A stretch of DNA of 63,127 nucleotides, counting the filler, from Craspedostauros australis (Eukaryota): NCBI GenBank assembly GCA_030167865.1. It is 11 parts of 11 records of this genome, joined end to end, with 100 filler letters (N's around TTAATTAATTAA, not from the genome) between each part and the next. Parts side by side here need not be neighbours in the genome. Positions count along the whole stretch, not along the records: positions 47,180 to 52,329 come from JALAGF010006290.1; positions 52,430 to 56,017 come from JALAGF010006291.1; positions 56,118 to 58,166 come from JALAGF010006293.1; positions 58,267 to 61,402 come from JALAGF010006296.1; 7 more parts are not named here. The stretch is one strand, 5' to 3'. Numbering within the stretch: the first letter of the stretch is position 1; each line of letters begins with the position of its first letter. Of the stretch, positions 47,180 to 61,200 are shown one piece after another. The translations under genes were made by a program, and so were the position numbers. A model generated the notes under the pieces. That model was not told the DNA's origin, did no database searches, and saw only the letters and a program-made list of their open reading frames with translations.

Positions 47180-50100
47180 TATTGCTGGAAGCAAGGAGGC
47201 GCTCGGAACACGCGCATTGGAAGAACTGTCCATGGTCATGGGACCATGAAGTCGAGGAAGGCACACGGAGACCTTCGAGGCTGTGTTGGAGTACGAGAGC
47301 AAGCTGCACGCAAGAAGAGATTCAGACGCAGCAGACCACGCTCTCGGATGCATCGTATTCAGCAGACTGCGCTATGAAGGCGAGATAGCTGAAGGAGCTC
47401 AACGAGATGCAATCGAGGAAGCAATGAGAGCTTCCAACCTACCCGTGCAAGGCACGGAGCGAGCTCAGATCCACTCGGTCGATATGAAAGCCAAGATGGA
47501 TAAGGAGCAACACAGATCGCCGATGCTGAACATCTGCTCGCATGGCATACGCGGCGCGATCCAGAATGATCAAGATCTACGCAGAGATGGGCGTGGCCCA
47601 TAGTCGTCATCATATCAAGAGTGACGTGAGGAGCAGCAATGGAAGCATCAAGACGATCACATGGCGCCGATTGCCATTGTGTGATACGGAGCTCGAGTGT
47701 TGGCTGCGATCCCTACTGCGATATGATCGAGGAGGTAAGAATGCAATCTGCCAGCCATGAATTGGCGACAACAACGAAAATAGCAACACAGGAAGTGTAT
47801 GCTGCGGTGAGAAGGGAAAGCGCTGTAACAAAGCTGGACAGGAGGTCCCACCGCGCTTCGATCCCAAACTCAAGACGAAAGACGAGGAACAGGAGGTATC
47901 CTTGCCATCAATGAAGATGATGACTCAAAACATCCGCGGAGCTGTGAGCCTCATCTACGACCGCCACCGTATCAAAAACGGTTATAAGTGCGCACGAGGC
48001 AACAGCGGTGAGAGCGAGATAGCGTTGACTACGGATCGATCGGTTCAGGAGCAACCGTCCTAACCGCGATGCCCACGATAGTGAGATGAAGGAAGCCGGG
48101 TCGGCCAAGGTCGCGACAGACGGGATGGACGGGATGGATGACATCGCTCTCATCGCAAACGACGAGCCGATGTCCATGCCCATCAACGAAAATGTGGTCG
48201 GCATCAAAATTGTGACCAACACGAAATTCGTGTCCATCACCGAAATCGCGAACAACAACAAAAATGTGACCATCGGCAACTACGCGATGATGCGCGACGG
48301 CAACGCAATCATGAACTACATGGGGCTCGTGACAATCGACAATGATGGGGCCTCCGCCTTCGACAGCGGAACACCAGTCAACGACTACGAGTGGACTAGG
48401 GAGGCGATAGCCGAGTACACTCCGGGAGTGTACGGTTACTACAGGTCTACGATCGACCACGAGGAGTTGATCAACCGAGAACTCTTTCCATCCAATGATG
48501 AAGAGAAAGGACGTCAGCGTCAACGAAATGACAATGACCGGAGTGGACGCCGACAAGGAGATTGACAGCACTATCCATGAGCTGGTACAATATCTCACCC
48601 TAATTTGGAGCTACTTCGACAGGAAGACCGAAGAGGCGTCACGCCAGGGCATGAACAACGCATGGTATCCGTTGCGCTTGAAGCGCGGACCATTGAATGC
48701 ATGGTGAATGGACTGCCAAGAAACTGCAGTCCTCACCCAGATTCCGGACGGCCCAAGAGGAACAATCCCACGGACCAAAGCGAAAAGGGAGGAGCGCAGA
48801 GGACTGCTCATGAACGCAGGTCCGATCTGCCTCTTATGTCGATACTCGTTGAGCAACATGATGACTGCCAACGATGTGCGCTTCGAGGTCTCGAGGATCT
48901 GCTACGATGCGATTGACGACTTCGAAAGTCGACTGTGCAGATGCGCATATCCACGCGCGTTACACTACAGAATGCATGAGATTGGCGTGCGGAGCGCACT
49001 CGACGTGGCTCGCAACGTGCACGCAATCAACGACATGCTGGAGAACAGCAACCTCACTCCTATCCAACAGATGCTGATTGGACACAGGAGTTGCATGCAA
49101 GCGGTATGGACCGCACAGTGAACCTGGCGGTGACCAGTATCCTAATCACGAGAAACGTGACATGGATGGATCAGTCATATGGGCAATTCGAGAGTATTGA
49201 GAATGCCAGCAGGTCAGTACTGATAGACCTGGGAGATGACGACTCTACTTCAGGGATGACTTCCCCAGATAGAAGAGTGACTTGGGAGCGACGTGCGGAT
49301 ACCATCCGAAGCATGGAGACCGACGACGCTGATCAGAGCAGAAGAGCCGGAGAAGATATACATATAAGAGACGCTGCTCGTGGGCAAGATGACTTGCTCC
49401 CTACCCAAGGGGAAATGAATCGTACGATGACGACGACGATGAACCCGGAAGGGACGATGAGACGGGACGAGACGATTTGGTCGAGAACGCACCAAACACA
49501 GTCCCAATCGCAGAACCTGTCGTGCACATGCCGAGGATGCTGAGTGGTCTTGCGGGTACAACAGTACACCCATCCAAAGAAGGAGCGAGAACTTGGATCA
49601 AGTGGAGAATCAGAATCGGAGAATGATGAGGGATATGAAACCACTCGAGAGATGACTACCACACTACCGGCGACATGAGGACCCAACTTTCACACAGACG
49701 AGTCAACATTCAACAGAGATATCGCAGGCATGACGATTGACACCACTCATAAGAGGATGAGCCTGGGTGACTTCATCGCTGCGAACCAAGCATTGAACTA
49801 CATACAAGACGAAGAGGGATCCGAGCAAGCAAATGTCGCAATGATGCCGGGTCCGACCACAAGTGACAAATGACGGGGTCATGTGGATCCCAAGAAGAGC
49901 AATGAATGGCAGGAGGCCATGACGGAAAGGTTCAGCGATATGGCCACAGCATGAGCATGGCAGATGATCAAGAGGAACCGGACGCCGAATGATCGGCGAG
50001 ATACGACAAGCAGAGAGATGAGATCGGTGCGCAACGAGCATGAAGTCTACGAGAGAGGCTCGAATCTGGAAAGGACACAGCTATGAGAGCGAGAGCCATG

Positions 50101-52329
50101 AAGGGCGGACTCCAGATACAGTGAGCCAAGACGCATTGATATACGATCAATGAGAGACGCGGGCATGTCGGATGAAGAATCCAATGACAGATCCGGAAGG
50201 GAGAAACCCCAGATGAATGAAGAAGGATTGGCAGGAGGCCACCAACAACTCCCATGACAGAGAAGCTGCAGCATGATGAATCGATGCTATCCACCATGAA
50301 GGATGGAGGCGATCGACGACACGGTTGTAAGAAACTCGACGGCAGAGCTGGCAGCTGACCGCAATATGCGAACGCCCAACAAGGGTGGCGAACAAAGCAT
50401 CAGAATCAGGAGATAACGATGGCTACACAACTGAACGGGAGACGATGAACGCTCCAGTGGCAACAGACAGGCCCAACTTCGAAACAGACGGGTCAATCAT
50501 CAACAACAACGTCGCAAGCATGAGGATCGGTACTTCCCAATGAAGGATGAGAGCGATCGACTTCATCGCTGCAAGTCAGGATAATGATGATGAGAGAGAG
50601 AGAGAGCGCGCGACAGCGAGAGATTCGAGCACATCAACACCGAAATGATGCTGAGTCTACGTACGCCTGAGGAGTCCTAGGATCATGTGGATCCTGACGA
50701 GCGGAAGCAACGAGAACGAGACACATCGACATACGACATCGATTCATTCGAGAGCTGATTGCGAACAGAGAGGCTAGAGCCCGATTCGTACGTTCAGAGG
50801 ACAACATCGCAGACAGGGTTCACAAAGAACACCAAGAAGAAGATATGTGACAGACACAAGAGCGATATCATCCAGCCGCAGTCGGCAATGGACTGATGGG
50901 ATGGCGAGAAGGATGGTGGTGATGGGAGACAAGAGAGTGTGGAGTCAGAATGATATATTGTCGATGCGACAATGGAAGGGTGTCAGGAATCGGGGGTACG
51001 ACTTTGTCAAGATACCCATGATTGCCGCACCTCCCAATAATATCTTCACGACTCAATGGATTCAACATTGTTGATCACACTCGGACAGCCTTGTAAGCCT
51101 GTCCCACCTCACGCAACCAATCGTGTCTTGCATCACAGGGTCTGTCCACGGTCCGTCATGGAAGTAAGGGCGAACCTATGATTTTACCACTAGGGATGCA
51201 TCCGCGCATGGGCCAACAACTATGGACAACGCGAACAATAAATCCCAACCAAGTCGACGCGCCTCTACGGACAGAGACACACCGGAGTCACCTGAAAGGG
51301 AGAAACGGTGAGAAGGAGAAACAGAGGCGATCCCCCAGTCACCCAAGAGCACGAAAGAGAAACGACAGGTGACATGATGGTCGTGTGAGAGGAATTCTGA
51401 GGAATCGAGGACGATGTGGGATCGATCGATACGAAACCTGTGAGGAGATACCCAGATGACTACGAGATGTACTGCATGAGCGTAGAGCGAAATGAAACTA
51501 CTGAAATGCATGATGAGATGCATGCAGAGAGCAGGAGATGGAATATCTGAGATGAATGATAAGATGCACCGATACTGCAAGATGAGATGTACATGAAGTG
51601 CATGATGCATGACATGATGAAGCAGGAGACAGCACTACATGAGCAAGGGCAAGACTGTGTGCTACTGTNNNNNNNNNNNNNNNNNNNNNNNNNAATTGAA
51701 AGAGATGGAGATGTTGTACTCACAGTTCCAACAATGCAACAACAGGAATAGGTAATCAGATACTACTACTAGAGACTGGGTTACCCCGGATTTCCAACAC
51801 GTTTCGAAACGTGATGATTGAAATCCAACGTTTCCACCACCACCAACACTAGCCCACATCATCATCGTCGACATGACCATCAACCACACCCAGGACCATC
51901 GCAAGTAATGGTCCCCTGTGTCAAGAGAGAGGAGAACAAGAGGTTCTGGAGCATGACGCTCCTTGTCAATGGACGCCAAGAACGGCATGGCAACCCCCAC
52001 ATGAACGACGATGTCGAGACGATGATGATCGANNNNNNNNNNNNNNNNAGTCCACCAGCAGAGTGGAGACCGCAGCTGAAGCAACTACAAGCACAACAAG
52101 TATTGCTGGAAGCAAGGAGGCGCTCGGAACACGCGCATTGGAAGAACTGTCCATGGTCATGGGACCATGAAGTCGAGGAAGGCACACGGAGACCTTCGAG
52201 GCTGTGTTGGAGTACGAGAGCAAGCTGCACGCAAGAAGAGATTCAGACGCAGCAGACCACGCTCTCGGATGCATCGTATTCAGCAGACTGCGCTATGAAG
52301 GCGAGATAGCTGAAGGAGCTCAACGAGAT
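47180..52329 (+). mobile_element. Degenerate, internally deleted Copia element, circularly permuted: gag remnant, extra domain, IN tail, RNase H tail, PPT, LTR, gag start
   Basis: TRNVTWMDQSYG (IN tail), STFNRDIAGM linker, RTRHIDIRHRFIRE..FVRSEDNIAD (~50710-50815), GGAAGGG PPT; 47180-47408 equals 52101-52329. Confidence 0.8.
50981..51799 (+). mobile_element. Family A LTR (~819 bp incl. gap) of the above element
   Basis: TGTCAGGAATCGGGGGTACGAC..CCCCGGATTTCCAACA directly after the purine tract. Confidence 0.85.
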
Positions 52330-52818
52330 NNNNNNNNNNNNNNNNNNNNNNNNNNNNNNNNNNNNNNNNNNNNTTAATTAATTAANNNNNNNNNNNNNNN
52401 NNNNNNNNNNNNNNNNNNNNNNNNNNNNNGGGAGTTGTCGGAAAAGGAGAAAAGCTTACTTTTTATGTCGGAATTGGCAAGACTAAGTACTTGATTAGAC
52501 ATAAATATGTGGTTTGCACCCATCATGGTACTTTGTTTGTTCCTACTACTATTGAGTACTTAGTTAGTTCTCTCCTTTGTGTTTCTGTTTCTGTTGTTTT
52601 CGTTGTTTTTTGGTGTTTGTTTTGGTTTTGTTCGTACTGTTGTCGTTATTCTGTGTGATCTACTCTGGGGAGTAGTGCTCTCTGTCTGTGATTTCTGTGT
52701 GCTTTGCTGCTTCTCGTGTGATGTTTCTGGTGTTGACGCATTCACGCTGATGCGGTGATTTTGTTGTTGTTGTTGTTGACGCATCCAGGCTGATGCGGTG
52801 TGCTGCGTTGCGCTGCAC

Positions 52819-55716
52819 TTAGGCGTTCACAGTGTGCCCTGTTGCATCGGCAGACACAACACTGCCATTCACTCCATCAGGCATTCCTGCTGCAGCCCCG
52901 CCTGATACCTCATCCACTTTCAGGCGGAGCACATCATCACGACGCGGGGCGTCCTCACCATTGCGGGGGCGCACAGAACCCGTCAGAGGTGTCATCTCCA
53001 TCTCGACAGTGGGGATGGAGCTCCCAGCACTGCTGGATTGAGAAGAGCTCCAGACTGGGTCGGGAACGCCACCACCAGGCAACCCGCTGGAGCTGTGGGC
53101 AGCCAGGGATGCGTTGGTGTGAGCTTGAAGGAGCTGCGCCTCAAGCTCAGCCAGCCGGGCCTGCGCATGCTGCTCACGAGCAAGAGCTTCGTTGCGCATG
53201 GCCTCGAACTGGGTTCGAGCTTCATGCTCAATTCGGGCCTTGGCCTGGGCATCAAGCTGGGAGCGCTCTTTTGCCGCACGCAAGAGAGCCTCGCATTCGG
53301 CCCGTTCCTTGCGAGCTAGCTCTTGCGCTCGAGCAACTTGGGCCGCGGCCTCGCGCTCCATCTGCTGGCGAATCGCAGCAGTCTGGGCAGCATTCTGGGT
53401 GGTTGCTGCAGGGCTGGCAAACCCGCCACCAGAATTGGGAATCGGAGATCCAAACGGAGCAGGATGATGGTTGCCGCTGGCGCCGCCTGGTNNNNNNNNN
53501 NNNNNNNNNNNNNNNNNNNNNNNNNNNNNNNNNNNNNNNNNNNNNNNNNNNNNNNNNNNNNNNNNNNNNNNNNNNNNNNNNNNNNNNNNNNNNNNNNNNN
53601 GGACGCCACGACGACCAGCCGTCCCAAACTGCTGCTGATTGAAGCTCTCTTGAAAAAAGCAGAATGTCACCAGTGTGGTGGTGCCGAGATAGTTCTCAAC
53701 TATCTCAAAGTTGGGCTCCTCGAGGTCCTTGGTCTTGACATTGCGGAAGAGACTGTCGATCTTCCTTGGGAGGCTGAACTGGCAGCTGACGACGAGCTCG
53801 CCTGCATCATCGGTGACCTTTCGAGCGAGGTCCTGGAAATAATTCTTAGCTGCCGCAAGGCTTGTAGAAAAATCCTTATCATAACCATAGACTCCGTAGA
53901 TGCACTCTGCTGTGAAGTACATCTTTGGCACTTTGTAGGTCAGCTTCAGTGTCCATCNNNNNNNNNNNNNNNNNNNNNNNNNNNNNNNNNNNNNNNNNNN
54001 NNNNNNNCTCAATTCGGGCCTTGGCCTGAGCATCCAGCTGGGAGCGCTCTTTTGCCGCACGCAAGAGAGCCTCGCATTCGGCCCGTTCCTTCCGAGCTAG
54101 CTCTTGCGCTCGAGCAACTTGGGCCGCGGCCTCGCGCTCCATCTGCTGGCGGATCGCAGCAGTCTGCGCAGCAGTCTGGGCAGCATTCTGGGTGGTTGCT
54201 GCAGGGCTGGCAAACCCGCCACCAGAATTGGGAATCGGAGATCCGAATGGAGCAGGATGATGGTTGCCGCTGGCGCCGCCTGGTTGGGTTGGAGCAGGAT
54301 GGCCAAAGGGGTGGGAGCCGAATCCTTGTGCGGTTGGGGCTGCAGGCAAAGGCATGGTGGGATTGAAGGAGTACACCATCCCATCCAAGCCGCGGACGCC
54401 ACGACGACCAGCCGTCCCGAATTGCTGCTGATTGAAGCTCTCTTGGAAAAAGCAAAAAGTCACCAGTGTGGTGGTGCCGAGATAGTTCTCAACTATCTCG
54501 AAGTTGGGCTCCTCGAGGTCCTTGGTCTTGACGTTGCGGAAGAGGCTGTCAATCTTCCTTGGGAGGCTGAACTGGCAGCTGACGACGAGCTCGCCTGCAT
54601 CATCGGTGACCTTCCGGGCGAGATCCTGGAAATAATTTTTAGCTGCCGCAAGGCTTGTAGAAAACCCTTTGTCGTATCCGTAGACTCCGTAGATGCACTC
54701 TGCTGTGAAGTACATCTTTGGTACCTTGTATGTCAGCTTCAGTGTCCATCCTTCATCCTCCGTAGACAGCGCCACAGAATCCGGATCCACCTTTGCGTCC
54801 AGGACCACAAACATGTGAATCCCCTCACGGTAGCGCCCAGTTCCATTTGCAGCTGTCAATGGATCAAAAGCACGTTCAGTGAATGATCCGAGCTTGACCA
54901 TGTCCAGTGCAGGGCTCATGGCGCGATCTGCACTCCGGATTCCCATCTTGCCCATGGCATCCACGATGGTCTTGTCGTTGGGTGTGGCGTCGCGCTTGGG
55001 GGCAGGAGGAGGTGTTGGCTTGTTCACGTCTCGGACAGGGGGTCCACGNNNNNNNNNNNNNNNNNNNNNNNNNNNNNNNNNNNNNNNNNNNNNNNNNNNN
55101 NNNNNNNNNNNNNNNNNNNNNNNNNNNNNNNNNNNNNNNNNNNNNNNNNNNNNNNNNNNNNNNNNNNNNNNNNNNNNNNNNNNNNNNNNNNNNNNNNNNN
55201 NNNNNNNNNNNNNNNNNNNNNNNNNNNNNNNNNNNNNNNNNNNNNNNNNNNNNNNNNNNNNNNNNNNNNNNNNNNNNNNNNNNNNNNNNNNCGTTGTTCA
55301 CGCAATTCTGCAAGGCGTTCTGTGGAATCCAGACCGCACCTCTTGCGAAAATCAGATCCAAATCCTGTGCACAGCAAAGCAAATCAGAGCTGTGTGAGAA
55401 GAGATTTGGTTCACGAACATGTCAGGACAGTCGGCGATCACAATAATAGTCACAACAGGCAACATCACAAAACGGACGCACCTTTTCCACTCTCGAGGAA
55501 CTTCAGCAGACGGGCCCAACAATTGAGGAAATTCTTCTTCGTGTTCTTTTGGCTGTAGAGACTGTGCCACTCGACGTGCGACTCCCAGAAGTTCGAGAAG
55601 CCTTCCTTGGTTGGTTGGAAGCGAGGAGGATTGGAGATGAAACCTTTGATGATGTAAGCAGCGTGATCTCCTGCGGGTGACCACCTTTGAGCTCGAGCAA
55701 CTTGGATTTGTGCCAT
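52819..55716 (-). CDS. Hypothetical protein: exon 1 55716-55482, intron 55481-55365, possible HSP20-like domain, coiled coil; middle part duplicated across gaps
   Basis: GT..CTCAC..CACAG intron joins MAQIQV..LESGK to GFGSDFRKR in frame; ORFs 53879-55027 and 52819-54060 overlap as variant copies. Confidence 0.65.
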
Positions 55717-56898
55717 CTTGGAGGTAAGCTGAATTGTGGGCTTGTGATGGACACCCCTGCTACAGCAGATACTGCGAGTGCAACGCTGCAAACAACTCGA
55801 CCAATGCTGGGGGATGGTATCATCGATCGATCAACCAGCTGTCTATTCAAATCAAGCACGCAGGTAGGAGTAACGCAGCCAGACTACGGCAAGCATTCAG
55901 GCTGTCACATTCGTCATTGCCTGTTTCAATCAACAGTATTGCACAGATGAGGAGGATTGTGGTGCGTACATGAGGGCATGAGGTGCCATCATCCTGTTTT
56001 GTTCGGAATGCAACTTCNNNNNNNNNNNNNNNNNNNNNNNNNNNNNNNNNNNNNNNNNNNNTTAATTAATTAANNNNNNNNNNNNNNNNNNNNNNNNNNN
56101 NNNNNNNNNNNNNNNNNCTGTCGCAGTGACTCCCTGGAAAGGTTGTTTGTGTCCAAGCCTCTTGGGCGTGACCCAATCAGCCCGAACCCCACGGTGGCAA
56201 AAGTTCCACTTGGTAGAAGCATTCTCGTGTTCCTTGCGAATTATGAGCTCTTGTGCAACTAGAAATGTCAAAATGAGGCGAAAAACAACAATGCCAACAA
56301 GTAACCGTTGAGCTAGTACAAATTGTGCGCAAATCAACTGCAACTTGCCAATGACGAAACGAGCTTTTCTTGTGGGGCTTCGCNTGCTCTCCAGCTACAG
56401 TGGTTGTTCCGCGCTTTGCTGTGGGGAAGCCAATCAAGCGAGGGCGTTCTTCCAGATTAATCGCAGAGAAGTTGAACAAAGTGTACGGTTGTCCTCCAAT
56501 GCTTCGCCAACTTGTGCTTCGTTGTGACCAAGGTACCAAGCAAGGCAGGATTCAACGGACGAAACATCCAATGAATTCCTGCGTTGCCGTATGNNNNNNN
56601 NNNNNNNNNNNNNNNNNNNNNNNNNNNNNNNNNNNNNNNNNNNNNNNNTGCGCGCTGCTCCGTTCGCCCGGCACTGCAAGCAAGCACGCTCTGGAGGGGA
56701 AGCAAACGAGTATCGAGCTGAATGCCCTCCAGTGTGCTGTATCATTCTTGCACGCGTGCTGTTGTGCTCTATCTGGGGAGCCCGCAGTTCACCTTGCGCT
56801 CAACACGAACAATCATGGACATACAGCCATGGATAGACAACGTCGGACCGCGCACTGTGGTGGAGTCTTACCCTTGTCGTGAATCGGTCTTGTACTAG

Positions 56899-57370
56899 TC
56901 GTGCTCACGTCGTGCTCACGTCGTGCTGAAGTCGCGTCCCTTGCTCGTCTCCTTGCTCGTCACTTGCTCGTCTCCTTGCTTGTCACTTGCACGTCCCCTT
57001 GCTCGTCGATTTCTGAAAAATCGACACCTCCCTTACCGCACTTTACTTATAGAGAGATGTCGCAGTATCGTAGGTGATCAGTCTGGAGTCGCCGCGATGC
57101 AAATCTCTGTTATCAACTGTGTTTCAGAATGATGTTGCAATCAAGATCGAATACGTGTGCTACCATGGTATAGATCGTACGCTTACATTCATGCATTCTA
57201 ATCTTTGAAAAGTGCACTCTATCGCCCTTGAACATACAACTAGACTAGACATGGTAGTATGGCCCATTTCGCAGCATGTCGCACCGACAAAACCGCGGTA
57301 ATTGCGAGAAATTTGGTTGTCACTTGCGCGTCCCCTTGCTCGTCACTTGCGCGTCCCCTTGCTCGTCGAT
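56899..57370. repeat. Short tandem motif arrays (TCGTGCTCACG; CCTTGCTCGTC[A/T]C) at 56899-57010 and 57317-57370
   Basis: Directly visible 11-12 bp units. Confidence 0.75.
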
Positions 57371-58266
57371 CCGGTCCTCTGTCGTGTCTGTCGCATGTCC
57401 ATGTCGTGCTTGTCGCAGATCGATGTCATGTCGGTGTCTGTCCCGACGTGTTGCACATGGTGAAACACACGCCAGCCTCACGTCAATGTCCCGTTGGCTC
57501 CCCACNAACGAACTCCCCATGTCGTTCCTCACGAAACACATGGCAACGTGCCNACACGCCAGTGTACTTACATGTGTATACTCCGAGAGAGTGTCGCACA
57601 CGACAGAAGACCCATGTTTCTCCACCATNGTCGACTAACAGGAGCAAATCAAATAGATACGTTGAGCGTTGAATCTAGACCAACGCTAGATATACACTTA
57701 TACTCGTAGGGGTATAGTTATTTATGCTTCTAGGAAACATCTATGTTTATTCAATGTATACATTCATTGCATTTTAAATAAATCAAAACGGATGTACTAT
57801 TGGATATTCCAGGCAAAATGGATGCGTTGAACTATAGTAGNNNNNNNNNNNNNNNNNNNNNNNNNNNNNNNNNNNNNNNNNNNNNNNNNNNNNNNNNNNN
57901 NNNNNNNNNNNNNNNNNNNNNNNNNNNNNNNNNNNNNNNNNNNNNNNNNNNNNNNNNNNNNNNNNNNNNNNNNNNNNNNNNNNNNNNNNNNNNNNNNNNN
58001 NNNNNNNNNNNNNNNNNNNNNNNNNNNNNNNNNNNNNNNNNNNNNNNNNNNNNNNNNNNNNNNNNNAAGTAAGTGCCGATACAACATGCCACGAAAAGCT
58101 GCTCCCACGAAGCACGACAGTTGTGATGGAGCGGAGTGGAACGAGCAGCTGTACTCCCAGATCCGCNNNNNNNNNNNNNNNNNNNNNNNNNNNNNNNNNN
58201 NNNNNNNNNNTTAATTAATTAANNNNNNNNNNNNNNNNNNNNNNNNNNNNNNNNNNNNNNNNNNNN

Positions 58267-61200
58267 ACCGACACACCCGATCAACACACATGGCTCGCCG
58301 ACAGTGGAGCCTCATGCCACATTGTGAATTCGGACAAGGGGATGTTCAACGTCCGCCACATCCAATCCTTCGTGAAGGTCGGTGACAACACACAACTCAA
58401 CTCACCAAAGATGGGATCCATCTATCTCCGAGTGAAGCAACGCGATAACACACAGCGCACCATCAGACTGAACGACGTGAAGTTCGCACCCAANNNNNNN
58501 NNNNNNNNNNNNNNNNNNNNNNNNNNNNNNNNNNNNNNNNNNNNNNNNNNNNNNNNNNNNNNNNNNNNNNNNNNNNNNNNNNNNNNNNGGAACAAGATCG
58601 TGTTCGATCGAGTGTTCCGCACGCGAAATGGTTTCGTGACTGGCGTGCAGATGCATGCAGTCAAGCCACGCACAGACGTCACGGCTGCGGCCGTCACGTC
58701 GGATCCACCGAAGGGCATCAACGCGTCCACACTCCATCGCATGTTGGGACACGCCCCACTCGAAGCAATGCAACGAACTGCATTGCACCACGGATGGAAC
58801 ATCGTCGGCACCATGCCGCCATGCAAGCACTGTGCCATCGCCAACGCACGAGTGAAGAACGTCCCGAAGGCGACCATCGCAAGAGCATCGCGACGATGCG
58901 AGCGATTCTTCATCGACATCAGCTACACAAAGCACACGAGCTTCGGAAACAAGCGGTACTGGGTGTTGATCGTAGACGACCACACAGATTACTGCTGGAG
59001 CATCTTCCTCACCAACAAGGGTGACCAACCGGCCTTCCTGAAGCGATTCCTTCAGAAGATCCGTGCACACACGGACGGCAAGCCAATCATCTTCCGTGGC
59101 GACAACAGCGGAGAGAACAAGGCATCCGAGGTCCATCTGCTCGAGGCCGGATTCGACGTCACATTCGAATACACGGCATCTAACACACCACAGCAGAACG
59201 GCAGAGTGGAGCGCAAGTTTGCATACTTGTACACGAAGATGCGATCCATGCTGAACGGCGCCCAGCTCAACGAAGAGCACAGACATGGTCTATGGGCTGC
59301 AGCAGCCAACGTCGCGACCGCGGTCGCCAACATCACNGTGGCNAAGGGACAGACCNANTCGCCNCACANCCTATTCTTCGNAGAGGATCCGAAGTANGCN
59401 AGNGGNCNCCGTACCTTTGGNGAAGTNGGAGTCGTCAAGACGGCCTATGGAGGCATGACGGCGAAACTCCAGAACAGAGGCGAGGCGATGTTGTTCGTCG
59501 GATATGCTCCACAGCATGCATCCGGCGTCTACAACATGTACCGTCCATCCACCAAGTCCATCGTTTGCACCAGAGACGTGAAGTGGCTCAACAGATCGTA
59601 CGGGCACTTCAAGGGTTGGACTTACGGCACGGACGATGGGAAGCCGGAAGGGAGTCAGATCGCCGCAACCGACGCCGAGCACCCAACGGAGACCGACGAT
59701 GACGGATTCATCCTGGTCGGAAGGGAAGGGACAGCGCCGTCCCACACAGCTCGAACCAAGCCAAAGCGGCGCTCTGTGTCATTCGCCGACGCGAACTCCT
59801 ACCACGTCCTCTCAGATGACGACGATGAGGACGATGACGACACCAACAACAACACGAGTGCGAAGGAGGACTCACCAGGTCTCGCGAGCGAGACGGCGAC
59901 CACACCAATGGACAAAGGGACTGCGTCCGAAGAAGAGGTTGACGCGATCCCTGTCGACGACGACACAGTGACCGACATTGAAGATGTCGCCCCACCGAGT
60001 GTCCCGCCAAGCATCCTCCGCACTCCGCCAACATCACGCAAGCGTTCGCACGAAGCGAACGACGATTCGAAAGCTAGTCGCACCACGACTGCTGATCCCC
60101 CACGACGGCCAAGCAAGCGCGATACCACTCGCAGCGAACGACAACAGCGATACATNNNNNNNNNNNNNNNNNNNNNNNNNNNNNNNNNNNNNNNNNNNNN
60201 NNNNNGATGAGGACGATGACGACACCAACAACAACACGAGTGCGAAGGAGGACTCACCAGGTCTCGCGAGCGAGACGGCGACCACACCAATGGACAAAGG
60301 GACTGCGTCCGAAGAAGAGGTTGACGCGATCCCTGTCGACGACGACACAGTGACCGACATTGAAGATGTCGCCCCACCGAGTGTCCCGCCAAGCATCCTC
60401 CGCACTCCGCCAACATCACGCAAGCGTTCGCACGAAGCGAACGACGATTCGAAAGCTAGTCGCACCACGACTGCTGATCCCCCACGACGGCCAAGCAAGC
60501 GCGATACCACTCGCAGCGAACGACAACAGCGATACATCGAGCGAAGCAAGCATCAAGCAAAAACGAATGCGAAGTCGCGTGCGTCGCTGCCATCCAACGT
60601 GAAAGGAAAGAGCGAATTGCGCAACCTTGCGAACTACAACAAGCCAGGAAAGAAAGAGAAGCATGAAGGCAAGCGGTTCACTACCAACCTATCCGTCTTC
60701 AATAGGGGAAGCGACACCAACGACGACAAGAGCAACACAGACCACGATCAACACAGCAGCGAGGAGACCAACAACGATGACGAAACCAATGACGACACCA
60801 CCGACGAGAATGAGGAGAACGACGAAGCCACGGACGACGAAGACAGCGATTCTCCTCCATCGGACGTCACCAACGCAGTCACAGATGCTCTATTCGGCAA
60901 CAACGCAATCAGTACCGACGATTTCGAGACAGAGATCTGCGCAACCACCCAAGATGAGACAGGAGAGACATCGACACACATCGAGCCATCAACCTTCGAT
61001 CAAGCATTCAACCATCCGAATGCAACACACCGGAAGGGCTACAGAGCTGCCATCGCAAAAGAGTTCAGTTCGATGGATGCTCGATCCGTCTACAGCAAGA
61101 TCAAGCGCTCATCCATTCCGAGAGACCGCAGATGCTGCAAGTGCAAATGGGTGTTTAAANNNNNNNNNNNNNNNNNNNNNNNNNNNNNNNNNNNNNNNNN

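Noticed and set aside
53227..54750. True internal domain duplication in the 52819-55716 gene
   Set aside because: Copies are separated by gaps and differ only by SNPs and a small indel; more likely haplotypes or paralogs placed in tandem
59826..60536. 330-bp tandem duplication in the IN-RT linker
   Set aside because: Identical copies either side of a 50-N gap; assembly artefact (same at 62808-62999)
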